Shown: positions 1 through 10,024, numbered from the stretch's first letter. The stretch: DNA of 32,000 bases from Nitrososphaerota archaeon (GCA_022564515.1 JADFLH010000002.1:25007-57006); one strand, 5' to 3'. Made by a program: numbers and translations. The notes: a model not told the origin generated them from the letters alone.

Positions 1-2
1 CA

Positions 3-1736
3 GCTGGGCAAGGCGGTTGGCCGCTTAGTGTATTCTTAACGCCAGATCAAAAACCATTCTATGTAGGAACATATTTTCCCATTTTAGATTCTTATGGGCG
101 CCCAGGATTCGGCAGCATCCTAAAACAACTCTCACAAGCTTGGAAAGAAAAACCTCAAGACGTCAAAAAATCCGCAGAAAAGTTCTTACAAACTCTACAA
201 AAAACAGAGACTACAAAAATTTCTTCAAAATTGGAAAAATCAATTCTGGATGAGGCTGCGATGAATCTTCTACAGATGGGTGATCAGATTTTTGGGGGAT
301 TCGGTACGGCTCCAAAATTTCCAAATTCGGCCAACATTTCATTCATGTTTAGGTATTCAAAACTATCAGGCATATCAAAATTCAACCAGTTTGCACTAAA
401 GACTCTCAAAAAAATGGCAAAAGGCGGAATCCATGATCAAATTGGAGGGGGCTTTCATAGGTACTCTACTGATCAAATGTGGCTTGTTCCTCACTTTGAA
501 AAAATGCTGTATGATAATGCATTGATTCCAATTAATTTTATTGAAGCTTATCAGATTACAAAAGATAATTTCTATCTCGGTGTTCTTAGAAAAACCTTGG
601 ATTTTGTTTTAAGAGAGATGACCTCGCCTGATGGAGGATTTTATTCTGCAAAAGATGCCGATTCTGAAGGAGAGGAAGGAAAATTCTATGTATGGAAAAA
701 AAGTGAAATAAAGGAAATTCTTGGAAAGGACTCGGAGGTTTTTTGTCTTTATTATGATGTAACAGATGGTGGCAACTGGGAAGGAAATTCAATACTATGC
801 AACAATATCGGTTTATCAACTCTTGCGTTTAAGCTAGGAATTTCTGAGGACAAAGTCAGAGAAACAATAGAATCATGTTCTAAAAAATTACTAGACATTC
901 GTTCAAAACGAGTGCCTCCTGGCCTTGACGATAAAATTCTAACATCATGGAATGCATTAATGATCTCAGCATTTGCGAAAGGCTTTCGCGTGACAGAAGA
1001 TGGTCAATATCTTGATGTAGCTGAAAAATGTATTGCATTTATTGAAAACAATTTGGTTAAAGATGGATTTTTGCTTCGAACATACAAAAACCAAGTTGCA
1101 AAGATACAAGGATATCTTGAGGATTATGCTTACTTTGCAAGCGCAATTCTTGACGTTTTTGAAATTAATCCAGAATCAAAATACCTTGCACGGGCAAAGG
1201 AGCTTGGAAACCATCTAATTGAACACTTTTGGGATTCTGATCACAACAGCTTTTTCATGACTGCAGATAACCATGAAAAGCTAATCATCAGACCAAAAAA
1301 TAACTACGATTTGTCTCTTCCCTCAGGAAACTCTGTGGCTGCCAGCCTGTTGTTGAGACTATTTCATATAACACAGGAAAAGGAATTTCTTGAAATTTCA
1401 ACAAAGATAATGGAAAATCAGGCTCAAATGGCAGCTGAGAATCCATTTGGATTTGGTCATTTGCTAAATACAATCTTCATGTATTTACAAAAACCAATAG
1501 AAATCACCCTCTTGAACACAAAAAATAAAGAGATTCTAAATTTATTAACTAAGAGATTCTTGCCAGAATCAATTCTTGTGACAGTAAACAATCAAAATCA
1601 AACAAACGATCTTTCAAAATATCCATTCTTTGAAGGAAAACAATTCAATATCGAAAAAACCACCGTCTTTATCTGCAAAGACTTTACATGCTCACTTCCA
1701 TTAGAATCGATCTCAGATATTGAAGCTCAACTTTAG
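3..1736 (+). CDS. Thioredoxin-domain / DUF255 (YyaL-like) protein with a six-hairpin alpha-alpha-barrel C-terminal region; 5'-truncated by the window edge
   Basis: The frame-3 reading frame is open from base 3. It translates to AGQGGWPLSVFLTPDQKPFYVGTYFP..., the characteristic end of the DUF255 thioredoxin-like domain. It continues into GGFHRYSTD..W.VPHFEKMLYDNA, which is typical of the family. The TTG at 231 in the ORF track is internal. Confidence 0.85.
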   Translation, partial: AGQGGWPLSVFLTPDQKPFYVGTYFPILDSYGRPGFGSILKQLSQAWKEKPQDVKKSAEKFLQTLQKTETTKISSKLEKSILDEAAMNLLQMGDQIFGGFGTAPKFPNSANISFMFRYSKLSGISKFNQFALKTLKKMAKGGIHDQIGGGFHRYSTDQMWLVPHFEKMLYDNALIPINFIEAYQITKDNFYLGVLRKTLDFVLREMTSPDGGFYSAKDADSEGEEGKFYVWKKSEIKEILGKDSEVFCLYYDVTDGGNWEGNSILCNNIGLSTLAFKLGISEDKVRETIESCSKKLLDIRSKRVPPGLDDKILTSWNALMISAFAKGFRVTEDGQYLDVAEKCIAFIENNLVKDGFLLRTYKNQVAKIQGYLEDYAYFASAILDVFEINPESKYLARAKELGNHLIEHFWDSDHNSFFMTADNHEKLIIRPKNNYDLSLPSGNSVAASLLLRLFHITQEKEFLEISTKIMENQAQMAAENPFGFGHLLNTIFMYLQKPIEITLLNTKNKEILNLLTKRFLPESILVTVNNQNQTNDLSKYPFFEGKQFNIEKTTVFICKDFTCSLPLESISDIEAQL

Positions 1737-1819
1737 AATAAATTTTTAAGCTGATTACTATATAGTGACTATAGTATACATAAGTCATTCTTTAATACAG
1801 TAAATTTTTTACAAAAATT

Positions 1820-2452
1820 ATGGTACAATTGTTTTCTTGGATGAAATCACGCGAAAAAGAAATTCTAGGCATCTTAGATAGTCTTGCAAAAAAAGCAGTT
1901 GAGACATCAAAAGAGCTAGTTATCTTATTCTCAGATATTGAGCGTGTAGATGATCATCATAACAACATAAAAAAGCTGGAACGTGAGGCAGATAGTTTGA
2001 CACGTTCAGTTTTTGCTGAATTGAATAAAACCTTCATCACTCCTCTTGACAGGGAGGACATTCAAAGAATAGCCTCAAAAATTGACGATGTGATTGATTT
2101 TATTGAGGGAGTTTCAGGAAGGGCGACGAGATATAAAATCACTTCAACCCCCCCATACATGTTAGACATTTCAAAAGAGCTAGTCAAGGCAGTAGAAGAG
2201 GTAGAGTTTATGATTTCCGAGCTAAAAAACCTTAAAAAAAATGCTGATATCATTAACCACTGCAGAACAACAAGTGATATAGAACATACAATCGATGAAC
2301 TGTACCGGGAAGCATTAGGAAAATTATTTCAAACAAATGATGCCATAAATATAATCAAACTGAAGGACATCTATGAAGCTATAGAAAATGCAGCAGACAG
2401 ATGTGTTGATGTTGCGGATGTTGTAGAAGATATTGTTCTAAAATACGCCTAG
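1820..2452 (+). CDS. DUF47 / PhoU-like putative phosphate transport regulator
   Basis: It carries the LEREADSL and FITPLDREDI motifs typical of DUF47 (TIGR00153-like) proteins. It lies 9 nt upstream of a PiT transporter, which is the conserved gene pair. Confidence 0.85.
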   Translation: MVQLFSWMKSREKEILGILDSLAKKAVETSKELVILFSDIERVDDHHNNIKKLEREADSLTRSVFAELNKTFITPLDREDIQRIASKIDDVIDFIEGVSGRATRYKITSTPPYMLDISKELVKAVEEVEFMISELKNLKKNADIINHCRTTSDIEHTIDELYREALGKLFQTNDAINIIKLKDIYEAIENAADRCVDVADVVEDIVLKYA

Positions 2453-2461
2453 GTTTTTTCA

Positions 2462-3448
2462 ATGTTAGAATTAGCTATTGGAGCAATAATTATAGCACTG
2501 GTATTTGATTTTGTTAATGGTTTTAACGACGCTGCAAATTCAGTTGCAACTGTCATTGGAACTAAAGTGCTAAAACCATTACATGCTGTGACCCTTTCAG
2601 CTGTCGCAAACTTTGTAGGCCCATTTGTGTTTGGAGTAGCAGTAGCAACAACCATAGCAAAGGGAATTGTGAGTCCAGAAGACATTACTGTTTACATGAT
2701 CATTGGAGGCTTGGCTGGCGCTATTACTTGGAGCGTCTTTTGTACAATGTTAGGTTTACCGATTTCAAATAGCCATTCTCTCATAGGTGGAATAATGGGA
2801 GCAGGAATTGCTGGACTTGGTTTTGAGAAATTAGTTTTTGATGGGTTAGCAAAAGTTTTGATTGGAATTGTAACATCACCTATTATTGGCATGATTATAG
2901 GTTTTCTTTTAGCTGGTGCAATTATAATGTTCTTTGCACGACATCGTCCTGCAACCGTAAACAAAACTTTTGGAAGACTGCAACTAATTTCTTCTGCGTG
3001 GTTTGCTTTAACGCATGGTGCAAACGATGGTCAAAAAGTAATGGGCATAATAGTTCTTATTTTGTTTGCAGAAGGATTAATCTCTGAAATTGAAATTCCT
3101 CTGTGGGTAATCTTTGCAGCAGCAAGTGCCATTGGTCTTGGAACCTTCTTTGGAGGATACAAAGTAATTAGAACACTTGGACTAAGAATAGTCAGATTAA
3201 AACCATATCAAGGATTTGCAGCTGAAACTGGAGGTGGAATTATTCTTGCAATTTTTGCCATTCTAGGAATTCCAGCTAGCACAACTCATGCTATTACTGG
3301 TTCAATTATGGGGGCAGGAGCTATAAGACGCAAACATGCAGTACGATGGAGGATTGGAAGACAAATTGTATTTGCATGGTTGATAACTATTCCAGGTAGT
3401 GCAGGTATTGCATTTGTAAGCACGTACATCATTTATCTATTCGTGTAG
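2462..3448 (+). CDS. Inorganic phosphate transporter, PiT (PHO4) family
   Basis: Polytopic membrane protein with both PiT signature repeats: GFNDAANSVAT near the N-terminus and THGANDGQK in the second half. Confidence 0.9.
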   Translation: MLELAIGAIIIALVFDFVNGFNDAANSVATVIGTKVLKPLHAVTLSAVANFVGPFVFGVAVATTIAKGIVSPEDITVYMIIGGLAGAITWSVFCTMLGLPISNSHSLIGGIMGAGIAGLGFEKLVFDGLAKVLIGIVTSPIIGMIIGFLLAGAIIMFFARHRPATVNKTFGRLQLISSAWFALTHGANDGQKVMGIIVLILFAEGLISEIEIPLWVIFAAASAIGLGTFFGGYKVIRTLGLRIVRLKPYQGFAAETGGGIILAIFAILGIPASTTHAITGSIMGAGAIRRKHAVRWRIGRQIVFAWLITIPGSAGIAFVSTYIIYLFV

Positions 3449-3455
3449 AAAAATT

Positions 3456-3776
3456 CTAAATCTTTGTAAAATTAATTATTAAAATCTCGCCAACTTGAGG
3501 TCTACCCATTGCTTCGTATCTATTTTTTGGCATACTAATGATAATTGATGTTTGTTGATAGCTTTTGATCTTTATTGTTGGCTGAGCTTGTAGAATTATA
3601 TCTAAGAGTGGCATCACTTGCTTCTGTGTTTCAGGATCAAGTTTTTGTGATGCTGCCTCTCTGATCATTTGTTTTTGGGAGATAGGCTCAGTTTGAACAT
3701 TTTCTAAAAGCGATAATTGAACTATTTGACCACTGTCTACTATTTGTGATACTTTAAACTCGTTAATTTCTGCCAT
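3456..3776 (-). CDS. Hypothetical protein (106 aa)
   Basis: Clean ORF with no competing frame. No motif recognised. Confidence 0.5.
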   Translation of the reverse strand: MAEINEFKVSQIVDSGQIVQLSLLENVQTEPISQKQMIREAASQKLDPETQKQVMPLLDIILQAQPTIKIKSYQQTSIIISMPKNRYEAMGRPQVGEILIINFTKI

Positions 3777-4089
3777 AAGGAAAAATCATATCAATTGCAT
3801 TTATCTCTAACCATTTACATTTAATACGAACTGTTAAGGAATTTCTTAATTACAAACTATCTGTTCCAAGTAAATCTCTAACAAGAAATTACTAAAAAGA
3901 ATTAGGCTAACGAATATCAAAACTAAGGTAGGGCCATTACTATATGAAATTGATTTAGTTTGTTACTGATAATTTCTGCGTAAGTGTTTTAATACTTGAC
4001 GTTAAAGGTTCCATATCGCAAATTCCCAGACCAAAAAATGACTTTAACCATCCTACTGCGATAACCATGTCCCAAGAGTGTCATGAGGG

Positions 4090-4111
4090 CTGGTCCCAAA
4101 CCTGGGACCAG
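4090..4111. terminator. Perfect 8-bp GC-rich hairpin (CTGGTCCC-aaacct-GGGACCAG) about 33 nt downstream of the 4144..4461 gene
   Basis: The inverted repeat was read directly from the sequence. It is a GC-rich island in AT-rich spacer with T-runs on both sides. A role in 3'-end formation is only inferred. Confidence 0.3.
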
Positions 4112-4143
4112 TTTCTCAATTAGAATAAGACTATTGAAAATTA

Positions 4144-4461
4144 TTAATCAGTGTTTGATTCATTTTTTTCTTGACTCTCCGAAGTTTCTTCTAAGATAGC
4201 TTTTTTGATTAAATGCGCCTTATCTTTAATTATCTTATTAAATTCTTGAATGTCCTCAACATTAACCTCAATCTTCTGATTTTGATACGCTTGCAAAAAC
4301 TCGGAATAAATACTTCCGACAATGATCCCAAAGGCTGCATCAGCCACAGATTCTACTTCAGGAACGTAATTTTCTGCAATTTGCCTATAAGAAGCCGCCT
4401 CGCTAATATAATAATGGATTAAACTGTCAATGAATTTTTTGTTCTCCTGAGAAATTGCCAT
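4144..4461 (-). CDS. Hypothetical protein (105 aa, acidic C-terminus)
   Basis: Clean ORF; the antisense ORF 4213..4422 is low-complexity. No motif recognised. Confidence 0.55.
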   Translation of the reverse strand: MAISQENKKFIDSLIHYYISEAASYRQIAENYVPEVESVADAAFGIIVGSIYSEFLQAYQNQKIEVNVEDIQEFNKIIKDKAHLIKKAILEETSESQEKNESNTD

Positions 4462-4527
4462 TGCAGTACCTAATTATGACTGGTTTATTTAAGAATCGAA
4501 ATTCATCTAAAATTGTTTTGAAGATGC

Positions 4528-5286
4528 CTATGTTGTATATGACTCATAAATGAGGTTTCCCATTGACCGGCTTGTGTATCTTATCATGAGTAAATAAGAA
4601 GATACAGAACCTGCAAGCAATAAAACTGAGCCAAGTGGAAATTCTGGAACTGCGGCATATTCTTCTGATTCGGCAACAAGAGAATAATCAACTACTATCT
4701 TGGTTTGTGGTTTATCTAAAACAGAAACCAAAAAGAATGCTTCATCATTTGATCTTAGATAATCAGGCTCTATTAGAGATTTTGAAACAGCAACGACATT
4801 TCCTTCTTTATCGTAAAGTGTAGCAACAATAGATACTGTGTTTGCAGTATGGTCCCCTCTGTTGGCTACCATTCCCGTTATTACCAAATTATCAAAATTA
4901 TCTCGTGAAATCTTAGATGAAGTAATATCGATTGCTTGATTTTTTGGCTCGCTTATCTTGTAGTTAATCTCCAAAGAATAATTATCAACCATCTTTGCTT
5001 TTTGACCATGAATGACAAGGTCAAATGGGCTTTTCATTCCCGGCATTATTGTGTTGACCAGTGAATTTGTGTTTCTAGTATCAATAACTTGATTTCCAGA
5101 ATACAGGATTATGTAGACATAAACCTGGTTCAATGGAACATCCAAATGGTTTTGAATTTCTCCAACAATATGTAGTGTGCCATCACTTGCAAGATATTGC
5201 TGATGATTATCAATTGAAATTTCCGCCCACGCATTTGAAAATCCAAAGGCAAGAGGCAGAACAAGCAAAAAATATTCTTTCAACAA
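4528..5286 (-). CDS. Secreted protein with two beta-rich repeats and a PEFG-CTERM-like sorting signal
   Basis: It has an N-terminal signal-like segment (MLKEYFLLVLPLAFGFSNAWA). The C-terminus is VPEFPLGSVLLLAGSVSSYLLMIRY, i.e. PEF..G, then a TM helix, then a basic tail. The internal TLYDKEGNVV motif resembles archaeal FxLYD-type domains; this is a weak call. Confidence 0.7.
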   Translation of the reverse strand: MLKEYFLLVLPLAFGFSNAWAEISIDNHQQYLASDGTLHIVGEIQNHLDVPLNQVYVYIILYSGNQVIDTRNTNSLVNTIMPGMKSPFDLVIHGQKAKMVDNYSLEINYKISEPKNQAIDITSSKISRDNFDNLVITGMVANRGDHTANTVSIVATLYDKEGNVVAVSKSLIEPDYLRSNDEAFFLVSVLDKPQTKIVVDYSLVAESEEYAAVPEFPLGSVLLLAGSVSSYLLMIRYTSRSMGNLIYESYTT

Positions 5287-5314
5287 ATTATTGTGCTCAG
5301 TTTAGTTAAAGAAG

Positions 5315-5809
5315 TTATGGGGTCATACCCAATTGAGCATTTTTGAATTTTGCCAAAGCTGCCAATTCATATTCGAATGATTCTTGAAGAAGTAAATTAG
5401 AACGAATCTTGAATGAACTATCTTGAGTTTCTATCCATTTGATATATTCTCCATAACTTTCAAGTTGAGTCTCAGTTGATAATTTGAATAGTTCAACTGA
5501 GGCAATGAAGGGTACTGGAGGAGTTAGTTTATCATACCTTGTAATAAGGCCCTCCAATCCTGAAATGTAAATTTGAGAATATTCTAAAAGCTCTTCTTTG
5601 CTCAGGTCTCCTTCTGTCCATTGTATTATCTTTGATTCATAATCATCTTGCATTTTTTTTAGGTCATTTTGGATTTGCAGTATTTTATTTCCAAAATTGA
5701 AACCCTTGATCTTGATTTGATCTATGTAATAATTATAGGCTATTATCCCCACTATAATGACCAAAGCAATTACAGCTAATACAATATTCTGCTTTTGTTT
5801 TTTTTTCAA
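5315..5809 (-). CDS. N-terminally membrane-anchored hypothetical protein (164 aa)
   Basis: Basic N-terminus followed by one TM helix (IVLAVIALVIIVGIIAY), then a helical soluble part. Confidence 0.55.
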   Translation of the reverse strand: MKKKQKQNIVLAVIALVIIVGIIAYNYYIDQIKIKGFNFGNKILQIQNDLKKMQDDYESKIIQWTEGDLSKEELLEYSQIYISGLEGLITRYDKLTPPVPFIASVELFKLSTETQLESYGEYIKWIETQDSSFKIRSNLLLQESFEYELAALAKFKNAQLGMTP

Positions 5810-5896
5810 AATTAATCGTTGATGTTTAAACTTTAAGTTGCTATTATTCTATTCTTTTCTCTTTAGCAGTTTGCATCAAATGTAAATGAAAAAATC

Positions 5897-6184
5897 CTAA
5901 TCGATGTAATTTCCATCAGCGTCAGTTTTAAGCTCTATCGTCATAACGGAACAGCTGATAAACGATTCATTTCGAATTTTTCTCACACGACCAATATCAA
6001 GATGATAGGGCCAAATCTCTACGATTATTGAACCAACCTTGACATTTTCAGGAGCATCTGTCAACACAATATCTTCTTTTTTTATTCCATATTGTTTTAA
6101 TTTTTTAATCGAATGCTCTACCAAAGGTTCAGGGTATTTGTGATTAATTGCCCAAACAGTTCCTTCGTATTCAATTTTATCCAT
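5897..6184 (-). CDS. Hypothetical protein (95 aa)
   Basis: Clean ORF. No motif recognised. Confidence 0.45.
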   Translation of the reverse strand: MDKIEYEGTVWAINHKYPEPLVEHSIKKLKQYGIKKEDIVLTDAPENVKVGSIIVEIWPYHLDIGRVRKIRNESFISCSVMTIELKTDADGNYID

Positions 6185-6251
6185 TTTTAATCAAAGATTT
6201 GCATTGTGTTATAACAATCATTCGGGATTTGCCACATTCAACATCATGATA

Positions 6252-6452
6252 CTAACAACTCTGCAAATTCCTAATTTTTGATGACACGATTTTTTCAAAA
6301 TCTTTCTGACTGTTTGTATGTAACTCTGATATCACATCATAAGCACCAAAAGTAAGATAAGCGTTTTTTACTTCGGGTATTTGTCTTAGTTCTTCAACAA
6401 TGTATTCTTCTGCTCCAATATCACAGTTCAACAAAACATAGCCAACATGCAT
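6252..6452 (-). CDS. Stand-alone Lrp/AsnC ligand-binding (RAM) domain protein, about 66 aa
   Basis: MHVGYVLLNCDIGAEEYIVEELRQIPEVKNAYLTFGAYDVISELH fits the AsnC-type effector domain. The track ORF (to 6659) overlaps the helicase 3' end by about 150 nt. I therefore start the gene at the internal ATG at 6452. Confidence 0.6.
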   Translation of the reverse strand: MHVGYVLLNCDIGAEEYIVEELRQIPEVKNAYLTFGAYDVISELHTNSQKDFEKIVSSKIRNLQSC

Positions 6453-6510
6453 TGTTTTTTCTTCACAATCATTTATTGAAACTTCTCTATAAGTTTTAAA
6501 ATCAAATAAT

Positions 6511-7821
6511 TTACCATCTACTACGTAATCCGTAATTGCTACTTCTCTTACCCCTAAATCGTTTTTTTTGTACACGCCTTTCTCTTCTTTCATCCCTAGC
6601 ATCACCTCTACCACTTGAATGACCAATTTGCTTCTGTGGTCCTTTGGAAAACACTCCATATCTTCGAGAGGGTGTTTCTCGTTTTAGGGGATCGGGAATT
6701 TTTATCGTAATGTTCATTTCTTTGTTCAAATCAACCATCTCTGTTTTTATTTGTCTCTTGATTATGTTGAAATCGCCTATGGATGAATAAGAAACAAGTG
6801 TTATAGCTTTTCCTGTTCCACCTGCTCTGGCAGTTCTTCCAATTCTATGGAAATAAAGCAACTCTTGGTTAGGAACATCATAATTAACCACAAGAGCAAC
6901 TTGAGGAACATCTATTCCTCTTGAAGCAACGTCCGTAGCTACTAAAATTTCAGCTTTTCCGGTTCTAAACTTTGACATTGACATTTCTCTTTGGTGTTGG
7001 GACATATCGCCCTCAATGGCCACAATATTGAATGTTTTATGCAACAACATTCTGGCAACATCTCTAGTCCTGTGTTTTGTTGAACAGAAAACAATTGTTT
7101 GGCCTGCTTTGTTTTCATTGATAAAATCAACAAGGAAGGTCATTTTTTCTCGGTCTCGTATAATTAGGAAAGCCTGTTCTATGCCTTCTACACTTAGATC
7201 ATCAGCATCAAGAAGGAAGTGTTTTGGGTTTCTCAAATAGTCTTCTGATAATCTTAAAATCGCAGATGGCATTGTTGCTGAAAACAGTGACATAACTTTT
7301 TTGTCTGGAGTAAGATCTAAAATGAATTGAATATCCTCAATGAAGCCCATATCCAACATAGTGTCAGCTTCATCAAGCACTAGATGTGAAATATCATTAA
7401 GTTTGATAGATCCACGTTTAACGTGATCAATTAATCTACCTGGAGTTGCGACAACTATTTCCACACCTTTGGCCAAAGCCGCAAGTTGAGTGCCCATTCC
7501 CTGTCCTCCATAAATTGTAGCGGTTCTGATTCCCGTATACTTACCAAACTTTTTGAACTCGCCAGTAATCTGGAGTGCAAGTTCTCGGGTTGGAGCCATG
7601 ACAAGCCCTTGGATCCCTTTTTTAGGAATAATATGCTGTAACATAGATATTGCAAATGCAGCAGTTTTTCCAGTTCCAGTATGTGCCTGACCAACAACAT
7701 CTCTACCTGATAGCAAAACCGGAATTGCGGCTTCCTGAATAGGGAATGGTTTTAAAAATCCAATATCCTTTAACCCATTTAAAATGGATTCTTTAATTCC
7801 AAATTGATTAAATGTTGTCAT
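6511..7821 (-). CDS. DEAD-box ATP-dependent RNA helicase with a basic RG-rich C-terminal tail
   Basis: Motifs present: Q motif (F..F.I......L), AHTGTGKTAAF (I), PTRELA (Ia), VLDEAD (II), SAT (III), HRIGRTARAG (VI). The tail reads SSGRGDARDERRERRVQKKRFRGKRSS. Confidence 0.95.
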   Translation of the reverse strand: MTTFNQFGIKESILNGLKDIGFLKPFPIQEAAIPVLLSGRDVVGQAHTGTGKTAAFAISMLQHIIPKKGIQGLVMAPTRELALQITGEFKKFGKYTGIRTATIYGGQGMGTQLAALAKGVEIVVATPGRLIDHVKRGSIKLNDISHLVLDEADTMLDMGFIEDIQFILDLTPDKKVMSLFSATMPSAILRLSEDYLRNPKHFLLDADDLSVEGIEQAFLIIRDREKMTFLVDFINENKAGQTIVFCSTKHRTRDVARMLLHKTFNIVAIEGDMSQHQREMSMSKFRTGKAEILVATDVASRGIDVPQVALVVNYDVPNQELLYFHRIGRTARAGGTGKAITLVSYSSIGDFNIIKRQIKTEMVDLNKEMNITIKIPDPLKRETPSRRYGVFSKGPQKQIGHSSGRGDARDERRERRVQKKRFRGKRSSNYGLRSRW

Positions 7822-7951
7822 TCTTTTTCTTCTCTAAGCAATGACAGAAAAAGCTCATTGCTAAGTCTATCATTATTCCTATTTCCAAAGTCATTTTTAC
7901 GGCCTAATAAACCATTGTTAATAATTTATGAGCTTTTCAGTTAGGCGATAA

Positions 7952-8026
7952 AGCCAATGATGGGATCTGAACCCATGACCTTTCGCTTACAAGGCGAATG
8001 CTCTAGCCAGGCTGAGCTACATTGGC
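7952..8026 (-). tRNA. tRNA-Thr (anticodon UGU)
   Basis: The reverse complement is GCCAATG-TA-GCTC..GAGC-..TTCGC-CTTGTAA-GCGAA-..-ATGGG-TTCAGAT-CCCAT-CATTGGC-T. This folds as a 75-nt cloverleaf with a 7-bp acceptor stem and TGT in the anticodon loop. No intron. Confidence 0.9.
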
Positions 8027-8134
8027 ACGAAATAAAATGAAAGTTTGGGTGGTTTAAAGTGTTAGCTCAACAAATCCATTTCCATATTTTCAATCCCCAT
8101 CAATTTTTAATAACGTAACCCAAGCAAATCTACA

Positions 8135-8335
8135 ATGAGATATGTCCCACCAAAAAAACTTAAAGTTCTGATGATGGTTTTTTTTGGAACGGGGGTTTTT
8201 GGAATAGCAGTTGGGCTAACTCAAGAAATTTTCATGATGACATTTATGGGAGTTATCAACCTCTGTTTAGGCGGTTTTTTTGGCTGGATTTTTCTAAACC
8301 AAGAACCACGTTCAAAACATAAACGAAAGAAATAG
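8135..8335 (+). CDS. Small two-TM membrane protein (66 aa)
   Basis: Two hydrophobic helices and a basic C-terminus. The 3' end overlaps the convergent neighbour by 24 nt. Confidence 0.4.
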   Translation: MRYVPPKKLKVLMMVFFGTGVFGIAVGLTQEIFMMTFMGVINLCLGGFFGWIFLNQEPRSKHKRKK

Positions 8336-8860
8336 TGTTATTACAATCAAAATGTTTGTTGCAAAATGCGTTGCATAGGAGTGATTAATTCCTTTTTTAT
8401 CATAAATGATTTTGAAAAAAAATCCAAGTGGTAACAACATTAGTGCTGTGTGAACCTTTATCCCCATTGCAATATGCATCAAAGCCCAAATCACAACCAT
8501 CTTTTTTGATTTTCTAAAATACAATTCTTCCACATGGTTTATGTGAATAAACATGTAAATTAGCAAGGGTACAAATGGGACGATTCCCCAAAATCCTTGA
8601 TCAGCTAATGGACCAAACGCAATATTGTATCCTAGCCAACTCCAATTTAGAATTGGGATGAGATCTACATAGTCATAAACCAAAAAGATGTATGCAATAA
8701 GCATGCCAAAAGCTATGGGTGCAAACTTTATTGATCCTATTCCTTTTTTGAGATCGGACAATCTCTTTTTTGTGTCTTTGACTAGTAGAAGCGAGGCAGC
8801 TACAATTAAAACATAATACCCAATCACAAAGATGTCAGATTCTAAAAAATCTAAAACCAA
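8312..8860 (-). CDS. CPBP-family (CAAX-type) intramembrane glutamic endopeptidase
   Basis: Polytopic membrane protein with EELYFR (the EExxxR motif), a later ALMH, and HFATN (HxxxN/D). Confidence 0.65.
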   Translation of the reverse strand: MVLDFLESDIFVIGYYVLIVAASLLLVKDTKKRLSDLKKGIGSIKFAPIAFGMLIAYIFLVYDYVDLIPILNWSWLGYNIAFGPLADQGFWGIVPFVPLLIYMFIHINHVEELYFRKSKKMVVIWALMHIAMGIKVHTALMLLPLGFFFKIIYDKKGINHSYATHFATNILIVITLFLSFMF

Positions 8861-8942
8861 ATCAAGAAAACATTTACTCTAATCTATAAATACTCTGGTT
8901 GGTTTTTCTGGGAATTATCTAGCCATTTGTTATATAACCTAT

Positions 8943-9416
8943 ATGAAAAATAATAACATGGAGGAAGGAGAAAAGGCACCAAATTTTGAATTAAATGCTG
9001 ACGATGGAAGCCTAATTTGCCTAGACTCCTTTAAGGAGAAAAAAAATATCGTTTTGTGTTTTTATCCAAAAAATCATCTCTTTGCATGTCCTTCAAAAAA
9101 AGTATTCAAAATGGCAAAAAGTGTAATTTCTGCCCACCAAGAAATTTTGTCAACTGATTCAGTCTTATTTGCAATCTCAATTGACACTGTTGAGGCTCAG
9201 AAAAGATTTGTTGATGAATACAATATACCATACCGGCACCTTAGTGATCCCACCAAAGGAACATGTAAAAATTATGCAAGTCTTAACATTGTAGGACTTG
9301 CAAAACGTTCAACATGTATAGTTGACAAGAAAGGGATTATTCGAAAAATTTTTCGAAATATTGATGTAGAAAATCATGGCAAAGAGATCTTAGAATTTTT
9401 AAAGCAGCTTAATTAG
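8943..9416 (+). CDS. Peroxiredoxin-like (AhpC/TSA/Bcp-fold) protein with an atypical active-site context
   Basis: GEKAPNFEL....G..ICLDSFKEKKNIVLCFYPKN matches the Bcp N-terminus, but the usual T-P-G-C-T is replaced by LFACPS. Confidence 0.6.
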   Translation: MKNNNMEEGEKAPNFELNADDGSLICLDSFKEKKNIVLCFYPKNHLFACPSKKVFKMAKSVISAHQEILSTDSVLFAISIDTVEAQKRFVDEYNIPYRHLSDPTKGTCKNYASLNIVGLAKRSTCIVDKKGIIRKIFRNIDVENHGKEILEFLKQLN

Positions 9417-9461
9417 AAATCTGTTGATAATCAAAATATAAATAATTAAACACTTTCAAAA

Positions 9462-10022
9462 ATGAAAGAGTTGCTTGATCTTGTTCCAAAGCTGTTATTT
9501 CTGACCAAAGGTAAAGGCGTTCATGAAGATAGGCTAACTAGCTTTGAGTATGCCTTAAGGGATGCAGGAATCGCCAGTACTAATTTAGTCTTAATTTCGA
9601 GTATTTTTCCGCCTCGAGCTAAACTTATTTCAAAAAAAGAAGGTCTAAAACTGATAAAGCCTGGTCAGATTTTATTTTCAATTTATTCTAGAAACCAAAC
9701 AAATGAACCACATAGACTATGTGCATCTTCTGTTGGAATAGCTCAACCAAAAGATCCAAATCGTTACGGTTATCTTTCTGAATATGAATCATTTGGGCAA
9801 ACAGAAAAACAGGCTGGTGATTATGCAGAGGATGTGGCAGCTCAGATGCTGGCATCTTCGCTGGGAATTCCCTTTGATATAGAAAAAAGCTGGGATGAAA
9901 AAAGACAACAATGGAACATTTCTGGAGAAATTTACAAAACTAGAAACATCACTCAAACCGCTATAGGTGACAAGAATGGAAAATGGACATCAGTTTTTGC
10001 GGCTGCCGCTTTGTTGGTCTAA
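9462..10022 (+). CDS. pdaD: Pyruvoyl-dependent arginine decarboxylase
   Basis: LTSFEYALRDAGIASTNLVLISSIFPP contains the SS self-cleavage site, and the C-terminal FAAAALL is typical of PdaD. Confidence 0.9.
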   Translation: MKELLDLVPKLLFLTKGKGVHEDRLTSFEYALRDAGIASTNLVLISSIFPPRAKLISKKEGLKLIKPGQILFSIYSRNQTNEPHRLCASSVGIAQPKDPNRYGYLSEYESFGQTEKQAGDYAEDVAAQMLASSLGIPFDIEKSWDEKRQQWNISGEIYKTRNITQTAIGDKNGKWTSVFAAAALLV

Positions 10023-10024
10023 AC

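Noticed and set aside
6252-6659. Full 135-aa version of the Lrp-domain ORF
   Set aside because: Its first 69 codons overlap the 3' end of the DEAD-box helicase gene in another frame. The recognisable RAM domain begins at the internal Met (6452), so I trimmed the call.
7313-7323. AGATCTAAAAT inside the helicase gene, plus AGATCT at 8661, 9385, 14074 and 27521, considered as further regulator sites
   Set aside because: They lie within coding sequence of unrelated genes. The total hexamer count in the window (11) equals the composition-based expectation. Only the intergenic clusters in the island are treated as meaningful.
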